Assembly (NCBI RefSeq): GCF_002113885.1
Contig: NW_018408787.1
Location: 775,319-839,318, forward strand
Direction: 5' to 3'
DNA length: 64,000 nucleotides
DNA from: Mizuhopecten yessoensis
Lineage: Eukaryota
Shown here: piece by piece, positions 38,379 to 51,400 of the stretch
How positions within the stretch are numbered: position 1 is the first letter of the stretch
Layout of the letters: each line of letters begins with the position of its first letter
The notes under the pieces: generated by a model
Seen by the model: only the letters and a program-made list of their open reading frames with translations
What the model was told of the DNA's origin: nothing
The model's database searches: none
Made by a program: the position numbers and the translations under genes

Positions 38379-38560
38379 CTGTGCACACCTGAAGGTTGAT
38401 TAAAAGTGTATCTTGGTGTACAGACAGATCTCCGGACGTGATCTATCTCGCTGGTGGATGCTGGAAATATGACGTGATGCCTGGTATCTACATGGGGAAA
38501 TACAACTACAATGCTATTCTACCACTGAGTCAATCAATAAAATGGCGACATCTTCCGGTT
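38379..38560 (-). promoter_or_regulatory. Candidate non-coding first exon and promoter of the LRR gene
   Basis: Strong minus-strand donor CAG|GTGAGT (GT at 38378-38377). An adjacent YY1-like AAAATGGCGAC and ETS-like CTTCCGG lie at 38539-38558. Confidence 0.45.
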
Positions 38561-39699
38561 ATAGGGAAAGGGGCTCACGATGGGGAGTTTAAATATCCAG
38601 TCAGTTTGATTTGACGCGTTATGAGAGGATATTTCATTTAAATCTGTATTACACACTAAGTACAACTACAAACACGGCACTTTAATATTTTGATATACTG
38701 TTATTCATCCACAAACACTCTTTTTCCCCCATACATCACATGACACAGTGAAAGCTTCTTTCCAATATAAGCACCGCACTTTAAGCTATATATTTTGTAA
38801 TGGGCTCATAACTTTCCTCAAAATGAATAAAGTATGGAAATCGCTTCGTAAACTCATGTCAAGAACAATGTCAATAATTACCTTTTGCAGAATTGATTTG
38901 TCGCAAATATTGTTGATTTTGTCTGAAAAGAAACTTTTGTATGCGGAATTTGAATGGCGTCAAATTGCAATGAATAATGAAATAAATGAAAACGTACCGT
39001 TACATGCATTCCTGAAGTATCCATGTAATGACTATTGTCGAGAAAAATGTGAGAAAATGCTTCAAATCTCAAAAATGATGACATGTTTTTTTATTGGATA
39101 TTTTACAACATTCCATAAAGCTAACAAGACTTTTGATACAATTCAAGCCATATTTTACCAGAGAGAGAACCTGTAGTGAATAGTGTACAGGTAATCCAAT
39201 CTCACTTGCTTTGCATGCTTTTTTTCCAACCTCAGTCAGTCTTGTTAGCTTTTTGCTCAGATGAGATTTATTCAGGGGAAATGTATGCCATTATTCTGGA
39301 GGTTTGACACATTTTCTTACAGTTTCCTCGACAAATGCATCTCCAACCTTATGATATTTACAAGTTTAAATGTTTTTTTTCCTGAAATGTTACTTTTATT
39401 TAGCTTGGAAGTTGAACATATAAAAAGTGAGTTTTTTCATCAGTTATTGAATACTTTTTTCTGAAATTTAGTGTAAATGTACCTCAATTATGTTTGAGAA
39501 ATATTGGAGGAGGATTGTTTTGTGACAGGGATTGTTTAATGCTAACGGAATACATTATTGAATCTGATATACAGTTTGGTGTGGCAGCCACATTGGAATG
39601 ACCTTAACGATTCAAAGCAAGTACAGAATAAAGTAAGAAATGCACAAACAAAAACCAACAAAGCTAATTCATCCCGTTCTTAACCTCTTTTTTTCTAGA

Positions 39700-42337
39700 A
39701 AAAATAATTTACTTTTAAAGAGGGTTCTGAAATATGTAAAGGTCTTAAGACAAAACAAGTCTTGTGGTTCGGACGGTCTTGTGTATGAGCATATTAAATA
39801 CTGTAACAGTCAAATGATCAAACATATTACAGTTTTGTTCAATCTCATTATTAAGTATGAGTATATTCCCAAATCATGGAAACTTGGTACAATAATCACT
39901 CTGTATAAAGGTAATCGGAAACCAAAAGATGACCCAAACAACTATAGGGGTATAACATTAATTCCTGTGTTTTTTAATATTTTTGAGACACTCTTGTCTA
40001 CCAGTTTAAGTCCAGTCCTAGAATCATACACATTTCCGAACAGGCATCAATCAGCATATCGCAAAAAACTGTGTAGTTTATGTACTTCTTTTAATCTACA
40101 GGAAAGTGTGAACTATAACCTAGATAATGGATCTGATGTGCTTGTCGCTTTTCTTGATAGCAATAAAGCCTTCGATACTGTATGGCAAGATGGCCTATTC
40201 TATAAGCTTTACAATATGGGTATTAAAGGAAAAGTATGGAATATCATGAAACTGATGTATTCTCGATTTACCAGTAATGTTGTTTTTAATGGTCTCAAGT
40301 CGGACAATGTCGGACTCTATTTGTGAGAAATACAGTAGAAAGTGGAGATTTACATTTTCCTCTACTAAATCTAAAATTGTTGTTTTTACTTCTAAAAAGA
40401 AACCCAATATTAATTGTGATATAACTGTATTTGTAAAGAAACTACCAATCGTAGAAAGTATTACTCATGTCGGAGTTTTATTGAATAGTAGAAATAACAA
40501 TATCGAACGTACAGAACGTGTTTGTTCCAAATTAAAGAGTAGTGTTATGTCCTTAATTCGTTCTGGAGCACATCCATGAATCCTTTAACCACTGCAAACA
40601 TTGTTAAGTGTAAAGTATATCCCTCAGCACTGGATGGGTGTGACTTGTGGCAATTAAAGCAAAATGAAATTTACATGTTCGAAAGAGCACAAAACTTCAT
40701 TGTCAAACCAATCCAAGGTTTTAATGTAAGAACAAGAACAGATATGTGCACGTCCTTGATTGGTTGGTTTTCTGTAGAAGTATCCATCAGCGGAAAGAAA
40801 ATGTTATGTTTTGGTAGAATATGTTCCATGGAAGTTGGCTGTTTAACACGCGAAATTCTTACCAAGCGTCTATTCGAATTCAACCTGTCTCAATTTAGTA
40901 GAGGTTTTGTTCTCGACATTGTTTATATTTGACAAAAATACAATTTGTTTCATGTTATTGATGAATTTTTGAAGAGTGGTGTATTTCCAAACAAATGTCA
41001 ATGGAAGCGTTTGGTCAATGACCATGTAAAAAACTATGAACAGTTTAATTTATGTGAAAGAATGAACGCTAATAGGGACTTCTCTCGCTTCACTCTTTTA
41101 CATAATAAGATACAACCGTATGCGATATGGAAACTTGCTTTACGTTTTCCACAATACAGTCTATGTTTTAAGAAAGTTGTTAAACTTTGTGTTGTAATGC
41201 GCGATAATGAAAATATCTATTTGTGTCATTACTGTGGATCTATGCACAAAGATACTATTATGCATAGTGTACTCGAATGCTCACACACAGAGCTATTACG
41301 TGACCAACTCTGGTGTGTACTCGGTACTGTAAAAGATATAGATTTTGTGTTTTATCTTAATGTAATGTCTAATTACCATCTACTTCATGTTCTTCTTGGT
41401 GGTATTTTCAGCTATGACTTATCCCCATATGAACTGGAGGACTTTGGAATAAAATCCATTGTTATTATTACTAAAATTCTTCAATACAGTGGTATTATGT
41501 AATTTATCCTTAGATATTTGAATGTTGTATACTGAGTAATATGATCACAAATTTACTTGTGTGTACCTCACGCTTCAGCAAGATTAATACATGAAATACG
41601 TATATTTTTGTATTCAAATTAGTCACGTCTCTCCTGTTATACCATTGCACAATTGGGCTGCATGATTAGTGCAACTTACTACCATTCATAATATTGTTTG
41701 TATTGTATGAATTAATCTTGTGATATGTATTACTACAACTGAAATCATTGCATGTTCAAGTTAATTATTATATTGTATGTTGTGTATTTCACACCACTGT
41801 ATGACTATATTGTATGACTTCGTGCAACGTGTTCTACTCAATGTATGATTGTATTGTAAGACTTATGTAACAGTAATACTGTCTAAAATAATGCTGTATA
41901 ATTTATAGTGTGATGCTTGTTATACTGTTTAATACTATGTTGTATGATTGCTTAGTACGAGAAGTGTATTACTGTCTATACTATTATATGATAATGTAGT
42001 TTGAGGAGTGTAAATATGTCTATTATATCAATGTGTGATGTAATGTATGATTAGTGTTATACTGCCCATCTTCATAATTATCACCATATAATGACTGTAA
42101 TAGTACCTATTATATCATTGTGTTGTGTTTATAGTACTTTATGGTATGATGCGGGTACTATTTTTATTCTCTTATGTGTATGTCTGTCCATGTGCATGTG
42201 TGTGTCACTATGTAAGGGTGTGACCATGATTGTGAATGCATTTTCTTCTCTTTCAATATTTTTGAATTGTACGTGTATTGTTCGTTATTTCTGTAACTCT
42301 TCATTTCTGGAGGAAATAAAGGAAATAATAATAATAA
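39700..42337 (+). mobile_element. 5'-truncated, inactivated non-LTR retrotransposon (RT fragment plus C-terminal CCHC finger; RTE-X-like, tentative)
   Basis: RT motifs KSCGSDG, YKG..DPNNYRGITL, QSAYRK, FLDSNKAFDTVW, then KWRFTFSSTKS and HVG across frameshifted ORFs (39640-41502). C-terminal CHYC-x8-H-x4-C. AT-rich 3'UTR ends in AATAAA and (AAT)n at ~42315-42337. Confidence 0.9.
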
Positions 42338-42733
42338 AGAAAAATGCAATTCCTCTTGCCCATCCTCACTACGTCCCGAACCCGAACCAAGGGCTTTGAA
42401 ATCTCTAACAAAGTTTCAACTTGCCGACCCCACCCCCATGATAAAGGTCCCTACGGCCGAGGACACACTACTCGAGCTAGACTACGAGTGAATACAGGGG
42501 CGTAGCTAACCCATGTTAGGGGTGGATTCATGTAGGAGCGGGTCCGAGGTACAAGGGGGTACAACAAGCAGTGTTTTGTTTCGTTTTTCTATTTGAAGAT
42601 TTGATGGATTCACCTGCGTACCAGCGTAAATGCAGTCACGCGCTTGTTAATATATCCTGATCTAATTTAATCAGACAATTGACAGCCTATATCACTCATC
42701 ATTTGAACACAATTGCGGACTATGGAGGAAAGG

Positions 42734-43039
42734 CATCCTCGATATCCAGGGGTTACGCTCACCTTCGCTCTATGCACCCCTGTCAAAGCAAAATTGAAGG
42801 CTCTGTGTGCGCCACCTTGTTGATGAGACAAGGAGACTAGTTCAATCCTTTGAAATACATCAAAAGAATCTCACGGTCGCGTAACGGTAAAAATTGACAG
42901 GCTTTGAAGTCGGGCGTCTCTCCTTTGTAATCTTCAATGGACAGGTATCGGCCTTGCGATTGGTCAGGTGTTTTTTTGTACCTGAGACTAGTCAAACAGG
43001 GGTGTAGAGAGCGAGACTGAGCCCTGGATATCGATGATG
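42734..43039. mobile_element. MITE with long imperfect TIRs; termini related to the 6369-6760 element
   Basis: CATCCTCGATATCCAGGG..CTCTATGCACCCCTGT / ACAGGGGTGTAGAG..CCCTGGATATCGATGATG. No TSD visible. Confidence 0.7.
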
Positions 43040-43715
43040 TTGTTCTGTAGTTTGTGATAGTTAAGATAGTTATATCACCTATACCTGTGTATACTATATC
43101 ACTATTGTTTATTTCAAACTATTCGGGATTTGTCTGTCTTGTATTTTGGTTATATAATATCCTTAATGACATTACACTAGAAGGAGACGATAATATTTAG
43201 ACATTTAGGAGACATTGCTTTGTGCTACCAACTTCTTTAATTATCTTTTATTACCTATATGACGTTGTTGCATAATTGTACCATCAAATAGAAATTATTT
43301 TAAACGCTTGTTAATAGCAATTTCAATGACCACTTTGCTGTGTTTATGTAAGTGTTAACCATGTATCCTTAAGTATATATTAGTGGGTTAACTTGTATAA
43401 ATGCCCTTCAAGGTGTTTGTCATTATTGGTAAGACGTAACTGTGGATGAGGCGTTAAGCAATTTTGAAAAACAAACCAATAAACAAACCTGTATCTGATC
43501 GTCTGTTAGGATTACACTAGAGTAACTTTTAAATAGCTGAAGGGAGGTAACTCCGATAAATAAAATAAGTTTTGTCTTTAAAATGACTAAAAATAATTTA
43601 GCGCAAATTAATGTATACATTTGCAATTATTTACTATCGCTTTGACAAAAAGATTGATGTTTATTGTTTGAAGATAATATTGGTTTAGGTTGGTTTTTTT
43701 TGGTAGAAGAGTTAA

Positions 43716-44743
43716 TGCTACCTTCACATACACGGATTTTTCTTACGGATCCTTACTATGACACGTAAATGTACACGGATCCTTACTATGACACGTAAAA
43801 GTACACGGATCCTTACTATGACACGTAAAAGTACACGGATCCTTACGATGTGTCCACTTTTATGAGCGATTTAAGAGTGGTTACAAGTAATTACGAGCCA
43901 TTTACGGTTTATTACGAGTTATTACGATGTATTTAAGGCCAAAATCTACGATTTGTTCCGAGTTACGAGCAACTTACGACATTTTACGAGCTTTTTATGG
44001 ATTGTTATACTACGGACGGAACGTGGCGATTCATCTTTTCGTGTAAATTACGACCTGTTAACGTGTTGTTACGAATAGTTGCGAGTTAGTTACGAGTATT
44101 AACGAGTCCTTATGTTTTTTGCAAAAAAAGTATGCGATCTCTCTATGTATCATCATTCCTGTTGAGTGCCTTCCTCGTTGGAGCCATGCTTGTGGTATTG
44201 TATACAAGATGTGGAGAGATCTGATTTCTTTGACGTCTTGATAGCAACTGAAAGGAACTGTTCGATTTTGCAGCTTGTATACCTTACCTAAATCGTAAAG
44301 TATACGTATGTATTCGTAAAGTGCTCGTAACTATACGTAAAGTGCTCGTAATAACTCTTAACAATCCGTAAAGTCATTGTAACACGACGTGAATGAAATC
44401 GTAAACATCACTTAAGCACTCGTTATAATCCGTAAACAAATCGTAAACTAACCGTAACAAATCGTAAAAAAAATGTACGAGACATTTACGGAATATTGCG
44501 AGTAGTTTACGGATTGTTACAAGTTATTTACGAGTTATGTACGGAAAATGCAATCCGTCGACAATCGCAAGATTTTTGACATGTAAAAATATTTGCCTCT
44601 ACTTTCACGGATCCTCACGATTGACTGCGAGTTGTGACGAGTTATTAACGTATACCAACGAGTTATGTACGGATACTCGCGATTGACTACGAGTTGGCGA
44701 TCCGTAAGGACTCGTAAGAAAAATCAGTGTTTGTGAAGGGGTA
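43716..44743. mobile_element. Non-autonomous DNA transposon (~1 kb) flanked by TTAA, rich in TACG/CGTA subterminal motifs
   Basis: TIRs CCTTCACATACACGGATTTTTCTTACG / CGTAAGAAAAATCAGTGTTTGTGAAGG. TTAA at 43712-43715 and 44744-44747. An internal 30-bp triplication lies at ~43745-43850. Confidence 0.8.
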
Positions 44744-47302
44744 TTAATCAAGACAATTTTGTGTAATTCATACATTCTTCAAATTCTCTTCCTTTCTCCT
44801 GAAAGAATCGAGCCTGCTTCCCCAATCTAAGTTTCTTACATGTTGCAGTTGCTCTGGTATTCATGGAATTTGTTTTAATACTTCATGTACAACGATTTTT
44901 GTAATTGTTGTCGGACAAACTTGCGGGGTTTCTAAATATGCATGTTGATTAAGGGCAGACTATTCGTCAGCTATATGATCTCCACATGTTATCACAGGAC
45001 GCTATCTTATCTCTGTTCTATATGGATATGGACGTCCTCGGTTTTGCTCATTAGTGGCCCTTGTACATTGAGAAGAGGACATCTCGTGGATTCTACGTAC
45101 GTTAACATGGCCGTTGTTATCAATGATACAGAACACTCCTCTGGAATTTAACCAGCATGTGCAACTGTCTGCTTATTGGCCCAAATTTGAAAAGTATGTT
45201 TCGTCCTTAAAGGCACGCATACATACATAAACCAACAATCAAATAATGCTATTCTTCTTCCATGTTATTGCGATTGCAAGGCCCTTCAATACATTGCATT
45301 TGGTGACCATGCCGCATTGTCTCCGATAAGGAGAGGCATATATAATTCGGTGTAGCTGTTGCAATCTATTTCCATTTTGTTGTCAAAATTATCTTTGTCG
45401 CTTTAAAGTGGTTGATTGGCCATACATTTTAAAATGTCACTAAGACATGCCGCCGCTGATACTGGCAGGTATAGTATTTAGCTGTTTGTTTCGTTGCCTT
45501 TACTGAATCCCGGACTCTCTACTTTGGTCAATGTGAGTTCGGATATTAGACTATAATGTACAGCTGCCACCGAAAGTATGTAACGTGCATGTTCTCAATG
45601 ATTCGTCCTGATCCATTTAAAACCTATTCGATATACTTTACAGACGACAACACTAGGACGGTTGTGTAGCCACACTGTCATAGTCACAACAGAACTCACG
45701 ATTTTTACATCGATAGGTGATTGAGACGTCCTGCCATGCCGCGATATAGGATTGCGTATTAATACCAAACTTACGAGGGAATTATGATGTCCCCGATATT
45801 TCTATAGACGGGACATAACTCCTACCTGTACCACCAGAAGCAGCCCTACTGCTACGTATAGACTATTCATATGTTAATCGATGGTCACATTTATGATATA
45901 AAGTAATGTGTCGGCGTTTTTTCTAGATCATTTCATATACAACAAATAATAAACCTTACAAAAACTCACACAATGAAGTAGTATACAGTATGGCTCTGAC
46001 CTTTTATTCTGGTCCACGCATACAGTGACACGGCGTGCTGTGCCTGCCCTTACAACAAGTGTGAGCTCCCATAATTAAACGAGCCTCACTGGATCCTGTC
46101 TATTCCTCAAATGGGCTGTTGATAACCGGGTATCGCTCCGATCTACTCAAGAAAACTGTGTGAAGCTGCGGACATATTTTGGTAATCATGGTCAACACGA
46201 TTCAAGCATGTGTAACGACCATACTGACCATCCTGGTGGTTTCTGCGGCAGCGACCGACCCGGTAATGACATTTTATTATTTTATTTTTAAATATGCATA
46301 CCATTTTATTTAAAATGGCCTACGTGCGTGAACGTGTTTTCAATGCATGATCAGCTTGATGAATAGTCATCAAGCAATGAAGCTTATAATAGTTATATGT
46401 AAATATAACGACCACACGTGTATCTTAATTATTTGCGTGTATGGATCAAACAGACCCATATGAAGACGGGAACAAAAAGTTTGTCCTTTAGAAGAATACG
46501 AATCTTTTTAGCTGGATAGTCAAGTCATTGTTATAATAGGCTAACAAGACAATAGGGATATGAACCCAGCTAAGTGTTCAAACATCCCTTAACTCTTATA
46601 TCACGTGTTTATTTCAAATGATATTTTTGTTATCAATCATAACACATATTATATTTCGCTAGTGTGTCATTTATGTTCTGTTTACTTACGTTGTTGAAAA
46701 CAGCTTATTAAAACATAGTGAAATATGTGGCTATAACAGTTCACTATGGTGACTGTACTGGAGGGACCGTACTCGATGCAGCTACGATCACACAATAGCG
46801 ACGGACAACTACAAATGTTCCACTCTTTTAAGCATAAATGCACGCAATCGAGTGCAGAACTCTTTATCGAATGCAAGTTGGCATATTGATATTATGCGGG
46901 GTTTTAAAAATCTAGCTTACCTGAAATTGTAAAGTGTGTGTCTTAGTTCTATGTTGACCTTTCTCAATGTCAAGAACATGTAGTATTTGACCGACCGTTG
47001 TACCATTACCGTATTTAAATTTCTACCCGTGTCGATGTACAGATGTAGGGTATTTAAGTATATGATAATTACCAGTACCACTTCAGTATACGGGCGTATG
47101 TAAGTATATGATATTTACCAGTACCACTTCAGTATACGGACGCTTGAGTTTGACGTTCAATGAAATTATAAAAAATAATATATATATATACCGCATGAAT
47201 AGAACACTGTAGAGACTAGTATGTAAACTGATATATTTCAGAAAAAGTTCGCCACCATTTCAGTCTGTGGGAGATTTCAATCTCGCAGTTCCGTAAAAAT
47301 AT

Positions 47303-48470
47303 ACGGGGTGGTACAGAAGTACTCTTTCGGAACCATTTCAACATACGGGGTGCTACATGAGTTCTCTTTCTGTACCATTACAACATACGGGGTGCTACAG
47401 AAGTTCTCTTTCGGTACCATCACAACATACGGGGTGCTACAGAAGTTCTCTTTCGGTACAATCACGACATACGGGCTGCTACAGAAGTTATCTTTCTGTA
47501 CCATGACATCATACGGGGTGCTACAGAAGTTCTCTTTCGGTACCATTACAACATACGGGGTGCTACAGAAGTTCTCTTTCGGTACCATGACAACATACGG
47601 GGTGCTACAGAAGTTCTCGTTCGGTACCATTACAACATACGGGGTGCTACATAAGTTCTCTTTCTGTACCATTACAACATACGGGGGGCTACAGAAGTTC
47701 TCTTTCGGTACAATCACGACATACGGGGTGCTACAGAAGTTCTCTTTCGGTACAATCCCAACATACGGGGTGCTACAGAAGTTCTCTTTCGGTACCATGA
47801 CAACATACGGGGTGCTACATGAGTTCTCTTTCTGTACCATTACAACATACGGTGTGCTACAGAAGTTCTCTTTAGGTACCATCACAACATACGGGCTGCT
47901 ACAGACTTTCTCTTTCGGTAAAATCACAACATACGGGGTGCTACAGAAGTTCTCTTTAGGTACCATCACAACATACGGGGTGCTACAGAAGTTCTCTTTA
48001 GGTACCATCACAACATACGGGGTGTTACAGAAGTTCTCTTTCTGTACCATTACAACATACGGGGTGCTACAGAAGTTCTCTTTCGGTACCATGACAACAT
48101 ACGGGCTGCTACAGAAGTTCTCTTTCGGTACCATTACAACATACGTGGTGTTACAGAAGTTCTCTTTCTATACTACTACGACACACGGGGTGCTACAGAA
48201 GTTCTCTTTCTGTACTATTACAACATACGGGGTGCTACAGAAGTTCTCTTTCTGTACTCTTACAACATACGGGTGCTACAGAAGTTCTCTTTAGGTACCA
48301 TTACAACACACGGGGTGCTACAGAAGTTCTCTTTCGGTACCATTACAACATACGGGGTGCTACAGACGTTTTTTCTGTACTATTACAACATACGGGGTGC
48401 TACAGAAGTTATCTTTCTGTACCATGACAACATACGGGGTGCTACAGAAGTACTCTTTCTGTACCAAAAC
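47303..48470. repeat. 42-bp minisatellite array (~28 units)
   Basis: Unit ACAACATACGGGGTGCTACAGAAGTTCTCTTTCGGTACCATT. Confidence 0.95.
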
Positions 48471-48475
48471 AACAT

Positions 48476-51400
48476 CACCAATGACACAATATATCAACAA
48501 GGTCAACCTTACATCACATATCACCAACGTACACAATATATCAAAAAGGCCAACCTAAACATCACATATCACCAACGTACACAATATATCAACAAGGTCA
48601 ACCTTACATCACATATCACCAACGTACACAATATCTCAACAAGGTCAACCTTACATCACATATCACCAACGTACACAATATATCAACAACGTCAACCTTA
48701 CATCACATATCACCAGCGTACACAATATATCAACAAGGTAAACCTTACATAACATATTACATATCAACAAGGTCAACCTTACATCACATACCACCAACGT
48801 ACACAATATATCAAGAAACCTTACATAACATATCACCAACGTACACAATATCTCAACAAGGTAAACCTTACATCACATATCAACAACGTACACAGTATAT
48901 CAACAAGGTTAACCTTTCACCAACGTACACAATATATCAACAACGTCAACATTACATCACATATCCCCAGCGTACTCAATATATCAACAAGGTTAACCTT
49001 TCACCAACGTACACAATATATCAACAAGGTTAACCTTTCACCAACGTACACAATATATCAACAACGTCAACATTACATGACATATCACCAGCGTACACAA
49101 AATATCAACAAGGTTAACCTTACATCAAATATCACCAACGTACACAATATATCAACAAGGTCAACCTTACATTTCATATCACCAAAGTACACAATATATC
49201 AACAAGGCCAACCTTACATCAGATATCACCAAAGTACACAATATATCAACAAGGTCAACCTTACATCAGATATCACCAAAGTACACACTATATCAACAAC
49301 GTCAACATTACATCACATATCACCAGCGTACACAATATATCAACAAGGTTAACCTTACATCACATATCACCAACGTACACAGTATATCAACAAGGTTAAC
49401 CTTACATCACATATCACCAACGTACTCAATAGATTAACAAGGTTAACCTTCCATCACATATCACCAACGTACACAATAGATTAACAAGGTTAACCTTACA
49501 TTACATATCACCAACGTACACAATATATCAACAAGGTTAACCTTACATCACATATCACCAACGTACACAATATATCAACAAGGTAAACCTCACATAACAT
49601 ATCACCAAAGTACACAATATATCAACAAGGTAAACCTTGCATCACATATCACCAACGTACACAATATATCAACAAGATAAACCTTACATCACATATCACC
49701 AACGTACACAATAGATTAACAAGGTTAACCTTACATAACATATCACCAACGTACACAATAGATTAACAAGGTTAACCTTACATCACATATCACCAACGTA
49801 CACAATATAACAACAAGGTAAACCTTATATCACATATCACCAACGTACACAATATATCAACAAGGTAAACCTTACATCACATATCACCAACGTACACAAT
49901 ATATCAACAAGGTAAACCTTACATCACATATCACCAACGTACACAATATATCAACAAGGTAAACCTTACATCACATATCACCAACGTACACAATATATCA
50001 ACAAGGTAAACCTTACATCACATATCACCAACGTACACAATATATCAACAAGGTAAACCTTACATCACATATCACCAACGTACACAATATATCAACAAGG
50101 TAAACCTTACATCACATATCACCAACGTACACAATATATCAACAAGGTAAACCTTACATCACATATCACCAACGTACACAATATATCAACAAGGTAAACC
50201 TTACATCACATATCACCAACGTACACAATATATCAACAAGGTAAACCTTACATAACATATCACCAAAGTACACAATATATCAACAAGGTAAACCTTGCAT
50301 CACATATCACCAACGTACACAATATATCAACAAGGTAAACCTTACATCACATATCACCAACGTACACAATATATCAACAAGGTAAACCTTACATCACATA
50401 TCACCAACGTACACAATATATCAACAAGGTAAACCTTACATCACATATCACCAACGTACACAATATATCAACAAGGTAAACCTTACATCACATATCACCA
50501 ACGTACACAATATATCAACAAGGTAAACCTTACATCACATATCACCAACGTACACAATATATCAACAAGGTAAACCTTACATCACATATCACCAACGTAC
50601 ACAATATATCAACAAGGTAAACCTTACATAACATATCACCAAAGTACACAATATATCAACAAGGTAAACCTTGCATCACATATCACCAACGTACACAATA
50701 TATCAACAAGATAAACCTTACATCACATATCACCAACGTACACAATAGATTAACAAGGTTAACCTTATATAACATATCACCAACGTACCCAATAGATTAA
50801 CAAGGTTAACCTTACATCACATATCACCAACGTACACAATCTAACAGCAAGGTAAACCTTACATCACATATCACCAACGTACACAATATATCAACAAGGT
50901 AAACCTTACATAACATATTACCAAAGTACACAATATATCAACAAGGTTAACCTTTCATCACATATCACCAACGTACACAATATATCAACATGGTCAACCT
51001 TACATCACATATCACCAACGTACACAATATATCAACATGGTCAACCTTACATCACATATCACCAACGTACACAATATATCAACATGGTCAACCTTACATC
51101 ACATATCACCAACGTACACAATATATCAACATGGTCAACCTTACATCACATATCACCAACGTACACAATATATCAACATGGTCAACCTTACATCACATAT
51201 CACCAACGTACACAATATATCAACATGGTCAACCTTACATCACATATCACCAACGTACACAATATATCAACATGGTCAACCTTACATCACATATCACCAA
51301 CGTACACAATATATCAACATGGTCAACCTTACATCACATATCACCAACGTACACAATATATCAACATGGTCAACCTTACATCACATATCACCAACGTACA

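Noticed and set aside
38640-39490. 142-aa ORF (38748-39176) and neighbouring short ORFs
   Set aside because: Non-ATG start, AT-rich composition and no recognisable motif. Probably non-coding or a repeat interior.
47277-48294. 285-aa and 328-aa ORFs of 14-aa repeats on opposite strands
   Set aside because: The 42-bp unit is a multiple of 3 and open on both strands. There is no unique flanking domain, and a frameshift occurs near 48270, so a minisatellite explains it. Transcript or peptide evidence would be needed to revive it.
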